Counted from the first letter of the stretch, positions 33,779-43,642 are shown. The stretch: DNA of 64,000 nucleotides from Bdellovibrionales bacterium (GCA_965203875.1 OZ241914.1:553145-617144); one strand, 5' to 3'. The notes: generated by a model not told the origin, from the letters alone. A program made the numbers and translations.

Positions 33779-34963
33779 GTGCTTATGAATCACTCTATGA
33801 ATGAATTAAAACAGCGTTTGCAGGACTTAAAACAGAAGATTATAGAAACAGAACAAGCTCAGATAAAGCTAAGCGAACAGGACACCAGACAAGGATTGAT
33901 AAACCCGCTGTTTGAAGCACTAGGGTGGGATTTTTCTGACTTCAGATCTATCAGAAGTGAATTGAGACACAAAAAATACAATAACCCCGTGGATTATGCT
34001 TTCTACAACAGTCAAAAAAATTCCACAAAAAATCAGGATAAAAATACACAAGGCAACATTCCTATTTTATTGCTGGAAGCCAAGGCCCTTGGAACTGATC
34101 CGAATAAACCTAGAATAGTAAAACAGTTGTGTGCTTACTTAGGTGAGATGGGTGTTCAGTGGGGAGTAATAACAGATGGAAATAAGTATGTTATGTATAA
34201 CTCCAGGTCAGGTGCTTCTTTTGAAGATCAGAAGTTTATAACTTTACAGATAAAGACATTTGATACAGATGATGGTATCCCTCTACAAGCTCTAGCTGAA
34301 AAGTTTTTTGCTCTATTAAGTCGAAAATGTCTTGAAAATGTTGGAATCCAAGAAACATATGAAACTGTAGCCATGGACAGACAAATTGAAGATGCTTGGG
34401 AATCTCTTTTAACAGAACCTTTTGATACACTTGCCAGTGCAATAAGAAAAGAGTTTAAACAAGATAGGGTTAAAGTTGACCAAAATCTAAAAGTTACCCT
34501 GAAACAAATTATATCCTATTTTGAGAACAGAAAAGATGATGAGGGCCGAATACAGTTTGATTATAATAATCAGGGTAATTTGAGTGATGCTATAATGCAT
34601 AAAATTGTTGAGTTACAACAAGGATCTGATGGCAAGGTAGATACTAGTAAACTATCGGTAGTAGGTCCTAAGCGAATTTCAGTTAGAGATTTACTAAAAA
34701 GTGGTTTTTTAGAAGAAGGAGATCCTTTAAGGCTGGAGTTTAAAGGTGAAGTTGCCTGGGGTAGAGTTACTGGTAATGGAGAGATTGAAGTTGGTGGAAA
34801 GGTTTATACAAGTCCTTCAAGAGCTGGTCAGTCTGTCACTGACAGAAGTTGTAATGGATGGACGTATTGGCAATACAGAGACAAAGATGAATGGAAATCA
34901 CTAGGCCACTTGCGTACTCTGTATATGGGACAATCAGACACTGAGCCAAAGAAAGCTGTATAA
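33779..34963 (+). CDS. PD-(D/E)XK (HsdR-N-terminal-like) nuclease domain protein with a C-terminal RAMA-like domain
   Basis: N-terminal SEQDTRQGLINPLFEALGWDF…VDYAF…ILLLEAKALG…QLCAYL…WGVITDGNKYVMYN (D…ExK pattern as in type I R-subunit N-termini). C-terminal ISVRDLLKSGFLEEGDPLRLEFKGEVAWGRVTGNGEIEVGGKVYTSPSRAGQSVTDRSCNGWTYWQY matches my recollection of the restriction-enzyme/adenine-methylase-associated (RAMA) domain. Confidence 0.6.
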   Translation: MLMNHSMNELKQRLQDLKQKIIETEQAQIKLSEQDTRQGLINPLFEALGWDFSDFRSIRSELRHKKYNNPVDYAFYNSQKNSTKNQDKNTQGNIPILLLEAKALGTDPNKPRIVKQLCAYLGEMGVQWGVITDGNKYVMYNSRSGASFEDQKFITLQIKTFDTDDGIPLQALAEKFFALLSRKCLENVGIQETYETVAMDRQIEDAWESLLTEPFDTLASAIRKEFKQDRVKVDQNLKVTLKQIISYFENRKDDEGRIQFDYNNQGNLSDAIMHKIVELQQGSDGKVDTSKLSVVGPKRISVRDLLKSGFLEEGDPLRLEFKGEVAWGRVTGNGEIEVGGKVYTSPSRAGQSVTDRSCNGWTYWQYRDKDEWKSLGHLRTLYMGQSDTEPKKAV

Positions 34964-35105
34964 CTTAGTCTTTCTGAACCCATGCTTTATAATCTAAAAA
35001 TTTCTGCAACTAGCAGGTTATAAGTGTATCAGTCATCAGATTATAGGATTACTAACAGACTTTGTTGTAGACTACCTGGCTATACTTTGATAAAAAACGT
35101 AGATT

Positions 35106-35417
35106 ATGTTGGTCAGAAGGTGGCGTGCCCCAATCATGCCTACAAAAGAACAAATACAGCTTATGTTTATTCAGGAAGACCTAAAACCTCGAGTTGAGGT
35201 GTATCAATCTGGTGTAGAAGTAAAAGAACATAAACATCCATTTGATGAAATTTGTATGGTTGTTAATGGCCAGTTGTTTGTGAACGTATCAGGAAATCAT
35301 TTGTTGTTAAGATCTGGTGACAGAATAGAGATCCCTTCTAACACCAGGCATTCCACCATAAATAAACTAGGTACCGACTGTACTTGTGTATTTGCTAACT
35401 CTGTATTCAAGTCATAG
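35106..35417 (+). CDS. Cupin domain protein
   Basis: 103 aa. EHKHPFDEICMVVNGQLFV…GDRIEIPSNTRHS fits the two cupin motifs. Confidence 0.6.
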   Translation: MLVRRWRAPIMPTKEQIQLMFIQEDLKPRVEVYQSGVEVKEHKHPFDEICMVVNGQLFVNVSGNHLLLRSGDRIEIPSNTRHSTINKLGTDCTCVFANSVFKS

Positions 35418-36176
35418 AGTAAGATTTTTTATCTTGTTTGTTGCATGATCAAATTCTAGCTCATCTATTTTGTTGTATTTAAATAACTTTAATAGAATGT
35501 CGTGCATTCTTTCCGTATTAAATTCGGTCAATTCTTTCTTATTAAATCCTTCAGAATATAGTATTGGGTTTGGCAGTATGTGTGCCAAAAATACACTTTC
35601 GGTCAAAGACAAATATAGTGGGTGTTTTCCAAAATAATGCTGACTTGCCTGCTTAATTCCATATATTTTTTCTCCAAATTGCACAACATTGATATATTTT
35701 TCCAAAATCTGTTCTTTAGAAAGAATTTTTTCTATATGGTAAGTCATCATGGCTTCTTTTAATTTTCTGATAATAGATTTATCTTTACTTAAAAACACAT
35801 TTTTTACTAGTTGTTGTGTTATAGTGGATCCTCCTCTATATAATTTTTTTTTCTCAACATTTGTCTTTATGCTATTTTTGATTTCTTTTAAATCAAAACC
35901 ATTGTGAGTATAGAATCTTGCATCTTCTGAAACTATAATTGCATGCATAAGATATGAAGGTATAAATTGTAAATTTACATAGCCTGAGTTTGTGCTACAT
36001 AATTCCACCTGGGTCATGCTGGTCACCATACATGAGGTAATTTTTAATACTTTTCTTTTGTAGTAGATAGAAACCAAAGCACAAAATATGAATAAGAATA
36101 GTGTACATATTGATAGTGCATAAATAAGTTTTTTATTCTTAATAACAGTTTTCATTCTATAAAGTAGCGTTACCAT
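35412..36176 (-). CDS. mtgA: Monofunctional biosynthetic peptidoglycan transglycosylase
   Basis: GT51 motifs EDARFYTHNGFD and RGGSTITQQLVKN, a single N-terminal TM and no transpeptidase domain. Confidence 0.9.
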   Translation of the reverse strand: MVTLLYRMKTVIKNKKLIYALSICTLFLFIFCALVSIYYKRKVLKITSCMVTSMTQVELCSTNSGYVNLQFIPSYLMHAIIVSEDARFYTHNGFDLKEIKNSIKTNVEKKKLYRGGSTITQQLVKNVFLSKDKSIIRKLKEAMMTYHIEKILSKEQILEKYINVVQFGEKIYGIKQASQHYFGKHPLYLSLTESVFLAHILPNPILYSEGFNKKELTEFNTERMHDILLKLFKYNKIDELEFDHATNKIKNLTL

Positions 36177-36375
36177 CTTTTTTTAATAGCACGGTTTGTT
36201 AAAATAATTTTGTTGTTTTGGTTATGTTGAATATACCACACGCATACCACAATGACATATTGACATTTAATTTTAAAAAAGTATACTGACCCCTGACCAT
36301 TGTTGCGAGCAAGAAATATAAGCTTCGTGCTCTGGCTTAGGGGAATATATCCTATAATTCAATTAGGGTAACTTT

Positions 36376-37194
36376 ATGAGAAAACTAACTAAAGTATACT
36401 TTGCGATACTGCTGTCTTCCTGTCTCAACATTAGGACAGTACATACCGCTGAAAAAAGTTTGGGTAAAATTTACAAAAATGACTCTAAATTTACTTGTGT
36501 TAAGGCTCTTAGTGATGAAAGAGCGTGGGATGATTTTTTAGTAGCGGCTGTACGAGGTCACTTTGTTAGTGACAATGATATACTGAATATAAAGAGAAGA
36601 CTGAATCATTACAACGGGAATACTGAATATAAACAACAGCTATTGATGTATGCAGTTTCTAATGGCAATACAACGGTTGTTAAGATTCTACGTGAAGATC
36701 CAGATATTACAGATATGAATGTTCAAGATAAGCATGGATTCACGGCTTTTCACATTGCAGTGACCAAGGGGTTCAGTCGTACAGTTAGGGCAATGATAAA
36801 ATGGCCGGAGGTTGATATAAATAAAACAGATCACAAAGGTATGACTCCTCTTATGACTGCAATAAATACTAATCCATTCTTGGCACGTGATATAATTGAT
36901 AACTCTAATATAAAAATAAACATTCAAGATAAACAATTTAAAGCAACAGCACTTCACTACGCAGTCATAGTAGATAGTGAGGTCTTGGTTAAATTGTTAT
37001 TAGCAGTTCCAGGTATAGATACAAATATGAAAGATGTAAATGGTGAAGATGTGTTTCAACTTGCAGAACATCTCAATCGTGAAAGAATCAAAGAAATTCT
37101 GGATGATTATCGTACTAACAAATTTCAAATGACTACATATAAAGTTAAAAAATTTGTTGACGATGCATTAAAAAAGCTTCGGCAGAACAGGTGA
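36376..37194 (+). CDS. Secreted ankyrin-repeat protein
   Basis: Signal-like N-terminus and ANK repeats (GNTTVVKILRED…, GFTAFHIAVTKGFSRTVRAMI, GMTPLMTAI…, TALHYAVIVDSEVLVKLLL). Confidence 0.8.
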   Translation: MRKLTKVYFAILLSSCLNIRTVHTAEKSLGKIYKNDSKFTCVKALSDERAWDDFLVAAVRGHFVSDNDILNIKRRLNHYNGNTEYKQQLLMYAVSNGNTTVVKILREDPDITDMNVQDKHGFTAFHIAVTKGFSRTVRAMIKWPEVDINKTDHKGMTPLMTAINTNPFLARDIIDNSNIKINIQDKQFKATALHYAVIVDSEVLVKLLLAVPGIDTNMKDVNGEDVFQLAEHLNRERIKEILDDYRTNKFQMTTYKVKKFVDDALKKLRQNR

Positions 37195-37227
37195 TACATA
37201 TGATTGATGGGCTATATGTTTTTTAAT

Positions 37228-38178
37228 TCATATCAAATTATTATTTCTTGCCCATTCGACACTTGTTCTTAAAGCTTCTATGGCAGGTTTTGGATTAAAG
37301 CCAAATTCTTCTTTTGCTTTTGTGGAATCAAACCAATGAAACATAGTACCCAGCAGTGCCTTTTCATAACTTATTATTGTCTTTAATTTTATTTTTTTAA
37401 GTAAAGATTCTCTTGATCCAATAGATAGTAAAACTTTTTTTGATAGTGGTATAAATGGTTTTATCGAGTTTGCTATCTCTGCCAAAAGACAAAACATGTC
37501 CTTTGTATACATGTTTTCTCCAGACAAAACATACCGTTCACCACTAACTCCTTTACTTATCGCACTATAAGCAGTTTTGGCGACACTGGATATATCTACA
37601 ACACTGACACCGCCTGGTGGATAAAACAAAAATCTACCCTTAGCTATCTTTAGCTGTAGCGATTGTCTAGAAGGCTTGATCATGTCACCGGGTCCATACA
37701 CCTGAGTAGGGTTTAGTATCACAGCTTCAATTTCTTTTTTTTTAGCACTTTTTATAACAATTTGTTCGCTTAAGTATTTTGATTGAAAGTAATTTAAATG
37801 TTGTAGATTGAACTTAAAGTCTTCTGCAATGACCCTGGGTTTAAAGCTAGCACCTACAGCGGCAGTTGAGCTTATGTGAATTAGTCGTTGTACTTTACGC
37901 CTAATCACAGCAGATACAACATTCTGTGTTCCATCAACATTAACTTTATGAATCTGGCTATCTTGTGTGTCTGTCACTCCAGCTGCATGTATAACCAGAT
38001 CGATTCCTTTAAATGCACTTACTAAAGAGTCTATATTGGTTACATCTCCATATACGTAATCATTGGATCCTCCAGGATCACTTCTACACATAGACTTTAC
38101 TGGAATTTTCTTATCCTTTAGGTATTGGACTAAATGGCCCCCGATAAATCCGTTGGCCCCTGTAACCAAACAGTTCAT
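37228..38178 (-). CDS. NAD-dependent epimerase/dehydratase (extended SDR)
   Basis: N-terminal Rossmann motif LVTGANGFIGGHL and a YxxxK-like YFQSKYLSE. Confidence 0.8.
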   Translation of the reverse strand: MNCLVTGANGFIGGHLVQYLKDKKIPVKSMCRSDPGGSNDYVYGDVTNIDSLVSAFKGIDLVIHAAGVTDTQDSQIHKVNVDGTQNVVSAVIRRKVQRLIHISSTAAVGASFKPRVIAEDFKFNLQHLNYFQSKYLSEQIVIKSAKKKEIEAVILNPTQVYGPGDMIKPSRQSLQLKIAKGRFLFYPPGGVSVVDISSVAKTAYSAISKGVSGERYVLSGENMYTKDMFCLLAEIANSIKPFIPLSKKVLLSIGSRESLLKKIKLKTIISYEKALLGTMFHWFDSTKAKEEFGFNPKPAIEALRTSVEWARNNNLI

Positions 38179-38184
38179 AAGTTT

Positions 38185-38847
38185 TTATCTTTCGATTGTT
38201 ATTTTTTGGATAGTGACAGGTTCTACCGGTTTATCGGTTCTCATATCTCTTTCAACGGTGGATATCTGTCTTACAACATCCATTCCGGACACCACTTGTC
38301 CAAAAATAGAATGCCTACCATCTAGGTGCGGTGTAGGGCCTACTGTTATGAAAAATTGGCTTTCTCCTGTGTTAGGTCCAGCATTAGCCATTGATACAAC
38401 GCCTGGTTTATTGTGCTTCAAGCTACTATTGAACTCATCGGCTATCTTCGAACCACTACCGCCTGTCCCATTTCCTAAAGGGCATCCTGTTTGTACCATG
38501 AATCCAGGTATAACACGGTGAAAAGTTAGGCCGTTATAAAAAGGCTTTTTGCTAACTTTTTTTGTTTTCATATCATAATATTCTTTGGTTCCTTCTGCTA
38601 AGCTAACAAAGTTAGCTACCGTATTAGGTGCATACCTTGAATGTAATTCAACTCTAATATCACCTTTAGAGGTTTCAATTTTTGCAAACATAGTTGTATC
38701 CTTTTTCTTTTCAGTAGTAGTTTTTTTAGTAGCAACACTTTTTTTCTCTTCAGGGTTTTTCTCCTCAGCAACAAGATCATTGCTAAGTACACTGCTAAAT
38801 ATAACGACTAAAAATATCTTCACAAGGTTGTTAAAATTACTGTGCAT
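38185..38847 (-). CDS. Cyclophilin-type peptidyl-prolyl cis-trans isomerase (secreted)
   Basis: FHRVIPGFMVQTGCPLGNGTGG, SMANAGPNTGESQFFIT and HLDGRHSIFGQV. It has an N-terminal signal. Confidence 0.9.
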   Translation of the reverse strand: MHSNFNNLVKIFLVVIFSSVLSNDLVAEEKNPEEKKSVATKKTTTEKKKDTTMFAKIETSKGDIRVELHSRYAPNTVANFVSLAEGTKEYYDMKTKKVSKKPFYNGLTFHRVIPGFMVQTGCPLGNGTGGSGSKIADEFNSSLKHNKPGVVSMANAGPNTGESQFFITVGPTPHLDGRHSIFGQVVSGMDVVRQISTVERDMRTDKPVEPVTIQKITIER

Positions 38848-40204
38848 TGCTATGCCACCCCCACTTTGGTTTATAATAGTTATGATTATCCTTTATAACT
38901 CTGAACGTATTGTCTCCGTTTAAATCTGTTATATATAATTGTCTTTTACCAGAGCTATTGTTTACAAACATAATACTTCTACCGTCAGGAGAGAAAGTAG
39001 GTTCTTCGCTACTCGATCTCTTAGCTGAAAAGCTACTATACTGAGTTAATCTTTTCAAGTTGTTTCCATTAGCATCAATTATGAATATATCATAATATCC
39101 ACCTATGTTACTTGCAAAGCTAATTCGCTGTCCATCTGGTGACCACACAGGCGTTGAGTTATATCTTCCAGCATAAGTGAGTCTTTTTATATTTTTTCCG
39201 TCTATATCTGCGACATATATCATTGGTCGCCCTGATCTGTCTGAAGAAAAAGCTACTTTTTGTCCATTAGGGCTAATGTCTACTTCAATGTTCATAGCTC
39301 CTCTTGGGCCATTAGTTAATCTAGTTAGATTTCTCCCTGTAAGTGTATCGATACTAAAAATATTTGCATGCCCAAATGATGAAATGGTGAAAAATATATT
39401 TCTTCCATCTCTAGAAAAAGCACTTCCAGAGTTACTTCCTTTTCTAGCTGATAAAATTCTAGTTCTACCAGTTTCAAAACTATAAATTAGTAAATCTGCA
39501 TTTCTAATCTTTTGTTTTCTGTGTAAGATAAACGAAGTGTAGGTTATAAATTTTCCATCCGGTGACCAAGCTGGCGAAAAAGAACTAGTCTTATTATTAC
39601 TGATTTGCTTTACATTGTCTCCATTCCAATCCATAACAAAAATTTCTTTTTCTCTTGAATTTTGTATGCTTCTGGAAACAACAATTTGAGATCCAAATAT
39701 GCCTGGTTTTCCTGTAAGAGCTAGCATTACATCATTTGAGAATTTATCAGCCATCTTTTTTATATTGGATGTATTACTTGAATAGTTTTTACCCATAACT
39801 AGAGTTTCATTAGAAACATTGTAAACATAAATCTCCAAATTAATTGTATTTAAAGTGATGCTATATTCTGCCTTAACCAGTATGTCTGTGCCGATAGTTT
39901 TCCAATCATTGTATCTGAATCCATTAGCTACTACTGTGTCAGGTTTTATTGAAGAGGTTCTTACATCTTCAAGGTATGCTTTAGGATTTATAAAATTAAA
40001 ATAAAATGTGCTATTTAAGTTATTCAGTATATTTCTATATAAAGTATTTCCTATATCAAGACCAGATCTGGAAGTTTGTTTGTATTTTAGTGGAGTGAAC
40101 GCTACCGCCAGTTTTTTTGTTTTAGCTTGATTGACGTTTATGTAATAGTCATTCGCATAAGTATTTATTGTAAATAATGAAATAATTAATACTAAAATAT
40201 TCAT
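38837..40204 (-). CDS. tolB: Tol-Pal system beta-propeller protein TolB
   Basis: A signal peptide, an N-terminal TolB-like domain and repeated …PAWSPDGK…/…PVWSPDGQ…/…PTFSPDGR… propeller blades. Confidence 0.8.
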   Translation of the reverse strand: MNILVLIISLFTINTYANDYYINVNQAKTKKLAVAFTPLKYKQTSRSGLDIGNTLYRNILNNLNSTFYFNFINPKAYLEDVRTSSIKPDTVVANGFRYNDWKTIGTDILVKAEYSITLNTINLEIYVYNVSNETLVMGKNYSSNTSNIKKMADKFSNDVMLALTGKPGIFGSQIVVSRSIQNSREKEIFVMDWNGDNVKQISNNKTSSFSPAWSPDGKFITYTSFILHRKQKIRNADLLIYSFETGRTRILSARKGSNSGSAFSRDGRNIFFTISSFGHANIFSIDTLTGRNLTRLTNGPRGAMNIEVDISPNGQKVAFSSDRSGRPMIYVADIDGKNIKRLTYAGRYNSTPVWSPDGQRISFASNIGGYYDIFIIDANGNNLKRLTQYSSFSAKRSSSEEPTFSPDGRSIMFVNNSSGKRQLYITDLNGDNTFRVIKDNHNYYKPKWGWHSNAQ

Positions 40205-40373
40205 GTTGCCCTTATACTAAAACTATACACATCTTTTTGCAAGTTAGACTACAACAGATTTGGTCAAGGCGGCTGGCTATAGGCTAGCAAATTAATCCAA
40301 CCGAAGGTTAATGCCTAAGTTAATGTTGATAATATAGCATTAGATTTGGTAGTATGGCTTTTGGGTACACAAA

Positions 40374-41120
40374 ATGAATTTTAGACATGCTGATAAACTC
40401 AGACATATTCTTAACAGAACGCATAACTTTTGGGGTATTAAAGGTTCTGTTGGTATACATTTGTGTGCTTTTTTGTTGTTGATGGTAAAGCCTGTAGTTT
40501 TACCAAGTAAGCCGGTATCACACCCTCCAGCCATAAGAGTCGATATGGTAGCTTTGCCTGACAAAGAACCGCCAACTGAAACAAAGGCTCCTGAACCAAA
40601 ACCTATAGTAAAAGCCAAGAAACCTAAAAAAAAACCACAGACTAAGAAAAAAGTAAAGGTTAAAAAAACAGAAAAGTCTTCAAAACCTAAAGCAAATGAG
40701 TTTGGTAAAAGTGCCATAGAAAAAATAAAACAAATACAAGAACTAAAAAGTAAACTGGATGATGATTTGGTTGAAACACAAACGGTATATAAAGGTAACA
40801 GAATATCTCCAGGATCGTCCTTACAAGGTTTAGAAAAAATAGATTATGACAGATATATAGATGAATTAAGAAATCATGCCAAGCAATACTGGAGCATACC
40901 AGGATGGTTAATTGACTCAGAGCTTACCACTCAAGTCAGAGTATTTTTGGATGAAGATGGGTTTGTTATAAGACAAATCATGATAGAATCCTCTGGAGAT
41001 AGTAATTTTGATCAAAGTGTGGAAGTTTCAATCTCAAAGGCTTCACCATTTCCAAGGCCAGTGGAAAAATTTATTGATCTAGTAAGGGTAAAAGGAATAA
41101 TATTTTCGCTGACTCCTTAA
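40374..41120 (+). CDS. TonB/TolA-family energy-transducer-like protein
   Basis: N-terminal TM (IHLCAFLLLMV), a Pro/Lys-rich spacer (EPPTETKAPEPKPIVKAKKPKKKPQTKKKVKVKK) and a C-terminal TonB_C-like fold (…YWSIPGWL…VRVFLDEDGFVIRQIMIESSGDSNFDQSVEVSISKASPFP). Confidence 0.65.
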   Translation: MNFRHADKLRHILNRTHNFWGIKGSVGIHLCAFLLLMVKPVVLPSKPVSHPPAIRVDMVALPDKEPPTETKAPEPKPIVKAKKPKKKPQTKKKVKVKKTEKSSKPKANEFGKSAIEKIKQIQELKSKLDDDLVETQTVYKGNRISPGSSLQGLEKIDYDRYIDELRNHAKQYWSIPGWLIDSELTTQVRVFLDEDGFVIRQIMIESSGDSNFDQSVEVSISKASPFPRPVEKFIDLVRVKGIIFSLTP

Positions 41121-41175
41121 AGGTGTTGGTAATTTATCTTGACCTTAGGTCTGCCGTTTCGTTATGTACCAAATC
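41119..41175 (-). repeat. Degenerate, internally deleted hairpin-repeat remnant
   Basis: gtgttggtaatttat resembles the reverse complement of the R-module (acgttggtaaacattt). cttgaccttaggtctgccgtttcgttatgt resembles the reverse complement of the hairpin loop (ctttgaccttcggtcggaccgtttcgctatgt). Confidence 0.4.
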
Positions 41176-41214
41176 TGTTCGTAGTCTATTTTTAATGCTG
41201 CACAAGGGCTTTAA

Positions 41215-42513
41215 ATGAATTTTAATCTTAAATATGAATCACCATTTGATTTGAAAGTAACCTCCTCGGTGCCTTCTTCCAAGATAGACAGCATGTTCAA
41301 TGAAATTTACGCTGCTTTAGCACAGAATACTCAAGTTAAAGGCTTTAGAAAAAAGAAAATTCCAATCAATATAATAAAGACCAATTTTTCTAACAGAGCT
41401 AAAATTGAAGTATTCAAAACCTTAACCAACCAAGTTTATGGTCACTTAAGCAGCCAGCGTATAAATATCATTGAACTAACAGACGATCTATCCTCATATA
41501 CCCCTATGCCCGAAGAAGGAAAAGAGTATAAATTTACCCTGTCATTCAAGGTACAACCTATGCCAAAAATAAAAAGTAAAATAACAGGCATGGTACTAGA
41601 TAAACCTAACATCTCAACTATCACTCAAGAGGATATCCAAAGACAAATAGACATCTATAGAAGAGCAGGGAATAGTAAACAAATAGTAGAAAATAGAACA
41701 GTACAAGATTACGATATAATAGTTGCAGACATTTTGGTCGAATTAGATGGTATTTATTCCAAAGTTTTATCTAAAACTCCAGGTGCAATTCATCTAACCA
41801 AACAATCATGCCCACAAGAAATGATTGATGGTTTAATAGGTATGAAACTATCAGAAACCAGAACAATTAACCTCAACCCTAAAAGTGATCCTGACACCTA
41901 CATTGATAGAGTTAAAAGAAAATACACTGTCAAGTTATATAAGATAGTTGAGATTTCTGCATCTCAATTGGACGACAATCTTGCTAAAAAATTTAACTTA
42001 GACACTGTAGCATCTTTAAAAGATCAAGCTAGAAAAATGGTTGAGTTTGAAAATTCTATTATTACTAGGGATAATTTAAAAAAACAAATATGCGATATAT
42101 TACTAAAAGAACAAACTTTCGAAGTAGCTCCAAAGGATGTTGAAGCACAAAAGAATCTACTAAAACTTAATCTAAGTCAGAGTATGCAGATGTATGGAGT
42201 AACAAATAATGAAATAGAAAAACAATTAAAAAATATGGAAAATGAACTAGAAAAAAAGAGTTTAAACAAATGTAGTCTGGAGCTTATTATATCACAAATA
42301 ATAGCAGAGCTTGGAATAACAGTGACTGATCGAGATATAGAAGAACAAATAAGACAGATACATCTTAGAGAGGGTATTCCATTATCAAACCTTAAAAAAA
42401 GATACTCTAACAAGCAGGCCAGGTTTTCTTTGGAATTTTCTATAGCAAAAGAACGAGCCTTTGACCATATAATATCCAATGCTAAATTTAATCAAGATTC
42501 ATCTGGTGTATAA
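41215..42513 (+). CDS. tig: Trigger factor
   Basis: 432 aa. It has the N-terminal ribosome-binding signature VKGFRKKKIPINII (GFRxGxxP-like), a central FKBP-like region and a C-terminal helical arm region. Confidence 0.8.
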   Translation: MNFNLKYESPFDLKVTSSVPSSKIDSMFNEIYAALAQNTQVKGFRKKKIPINIIKTNFSNRAKIEVFKTLTNQVYGHLSSQRINIIELTDDLSSYTPMPEEGKEYKFTLSFKVQPMPKIKSKITGMVLDKPNISTITQEDIQRQIDIYRRAGNSKQIVENRTVQDYDIIVADILVELDGIYSKVLSKTPGAIHLTKQSCPQEMIDGLIGMKLSETRTINLNPKSDPDTYIDRVKRKYTVKLYKIVEISASQLDDNLAKKFNLDTVASLKDQARKMVEFENSIITRDNLKKQICDILLKEQTFEVAPKDVEAQKNLLKLNLSQSMQMYGVTNNEIEKQLKNMENELEKKSLNKCSLELIISQIIAELGITVTDRDIEEQIRQIHLREGIPLSNLKKRYSNKQARFSLEFSIAKERAFDHIISNAKFNQDSSGV

Positions 42514-43642
42514 CGTGACTTCCATTAATTTTGAAAAATTATCTAAATTTGAAATAAAACTAAAGGTTACTTTGTCTAAAAAAGAGCTTACCAGTTCAAA
42601 CAATAAAGGAAAAAAATCTAAAAATTTAAAAAACAACGATTATAAAACAGCTATAGTCAGTAATCTTCAAAAGATTGTGTGTAATGAATTTCTGGTTAAA
42701 AATAATATGGCTCCTACAGGTTTTGCAAAACTTAGATTCAACATAGTAGGTAATAAATGTGATGTGGAGTATACTACAGACGTAAACTTATTAACTCCCA
42801 TAAATAGTATAGAAGGTGTAAATTTAAATATTTCAAATCATGAAATTAATATAACTCAAAATATGATTGATTCTTATCTCTACAGCCTAAAAAGAGAAAG
42901 TGCTAAATATGTAGTTTTAGAAGAAGACCGCAAGGTTATACCTTCTGATCTAGCGTATGTAAAGATAGAAATCTCTGATGATTTCAATTATGATTTTTCA
43001 ATAGCTTTAGATCAGCCTTTTGAGATTATAAACTTACCAAAAGCTATTATTGGCATGCGTGTAGGAGAAACCAAAACTATAAATGATCGCTTACCATCTA
43101 ATCTAAAATATAAACAATATTCTGGTAAAAATGCACAGATAAAAGTAACGGTTAATCGAGTATTGGTAGGGGATATGCCTACTATAGATGATGAATTTAG
43201 TAAAGATGCTGGGTTTGATGATGTTGTTATACTTTTAAGTAATACAATTTCTTATTTGAGATTAAAGCAAGACAGATCCGTAAATGATAAATTAAAAGAA
43301 GAAATATGCGGCCAACTATCAAGCAAATTCCCTGTTGAAATATCAGATAAAGCGATTCAGGATTATAAAGAAATGCTTGAGGAAAAATTAAAAACCGATC
43401 TTGATAAATACAAATGGTCTCAAGATGAGATAGACAATTATATAAAAAATTCTTCTACAACTCTTACGGATCAATCCAGAAAAGAGCTTATGGAGGATAG
43501 TATTTTATCGCAGTTAGCATTGTATTTTAGAAAAAGTCATAATTTTGATTATGATTTTGCTAAACTCATGCCTTTTGATGATTTACAAAAAGAAATTAAG
43601 TATCAGCTCATTAAGCTGATTGTAGAATCACAAAACTCTTAG
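42479..43642 (+). CDS. Trigger-factor-like paralog lacking the GFRxGxxP ribosome-docking motif
   Basis: The likely start is GTG at 42515, 2 nt after the tig stop. The architecture is similar: an FKBP-like segment YVKIEISDD…IIGMRVGETKTINDRLPSNLKYKQYSGKNAQIKVTVNRV and a helical C-terminus. It has no GFR motif. Confidence 0.55.
   Translation: MLNLIKIHLVYNVTSINFEKLSKFEIKLKVTLSKKELTSSNNKGKKSKNLKNNDYKTAIVSNLQKIVCNEFLVKNNMAPTGFAKLRFNIVGNKCDVEYTTDVNLLTPINSIEGVNLNISNHEINITQNMIDSYLYSLKRESAKYVVLEEDRKVIPSDLAYVKIEISDDFNYDFSIALDQPFEIINLPKAIIGMRVGETKTINDRLPSNLKYKQYSGKNAQIKVTVNRVLVGDMPTIDDEFSKDAGFDDVVILLSNTISYLRLKQDRSVNDKLKEEICGQLSSKFPVEISDKAIQDYKEMLEEKLKTDLDKYKWSQDEIDNYIKNSSTTLTDQSRKELMEDSILSQLALYFRKSHNFDYDFAKLMPFDDLQKEIKYQLIKLIVESQNS

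Noticed and set aside
38063-38923. Plus-strand ORFs 38063..38521, 38134..38325 and 38585..38923
   Set aside because: They lie antisense to the well-supported epimerase, cyclophilin and tolB genes and have no motifs of their own.
40340-40717. 125-aa minus-strand ORF overlapping the TonB-like gene
   Set aside because: It is the antisense of the Lys/Pro-rich spacer (its translation is Phe/Gly/Leu-rich low complexity). The plus-strand gene has a recognisable TonB_C-like domain.
41111-41140. The TonB-like stop TAA followed by AGGTGTTGG looked like another stop-codon L-module
   Set aside because: The following sequence matches the reverse complement of an R-module (gttggtaaacattt) better, so the TAAAGG resemblance is probably coincidental. 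It is not counted among the stop-codon cases.
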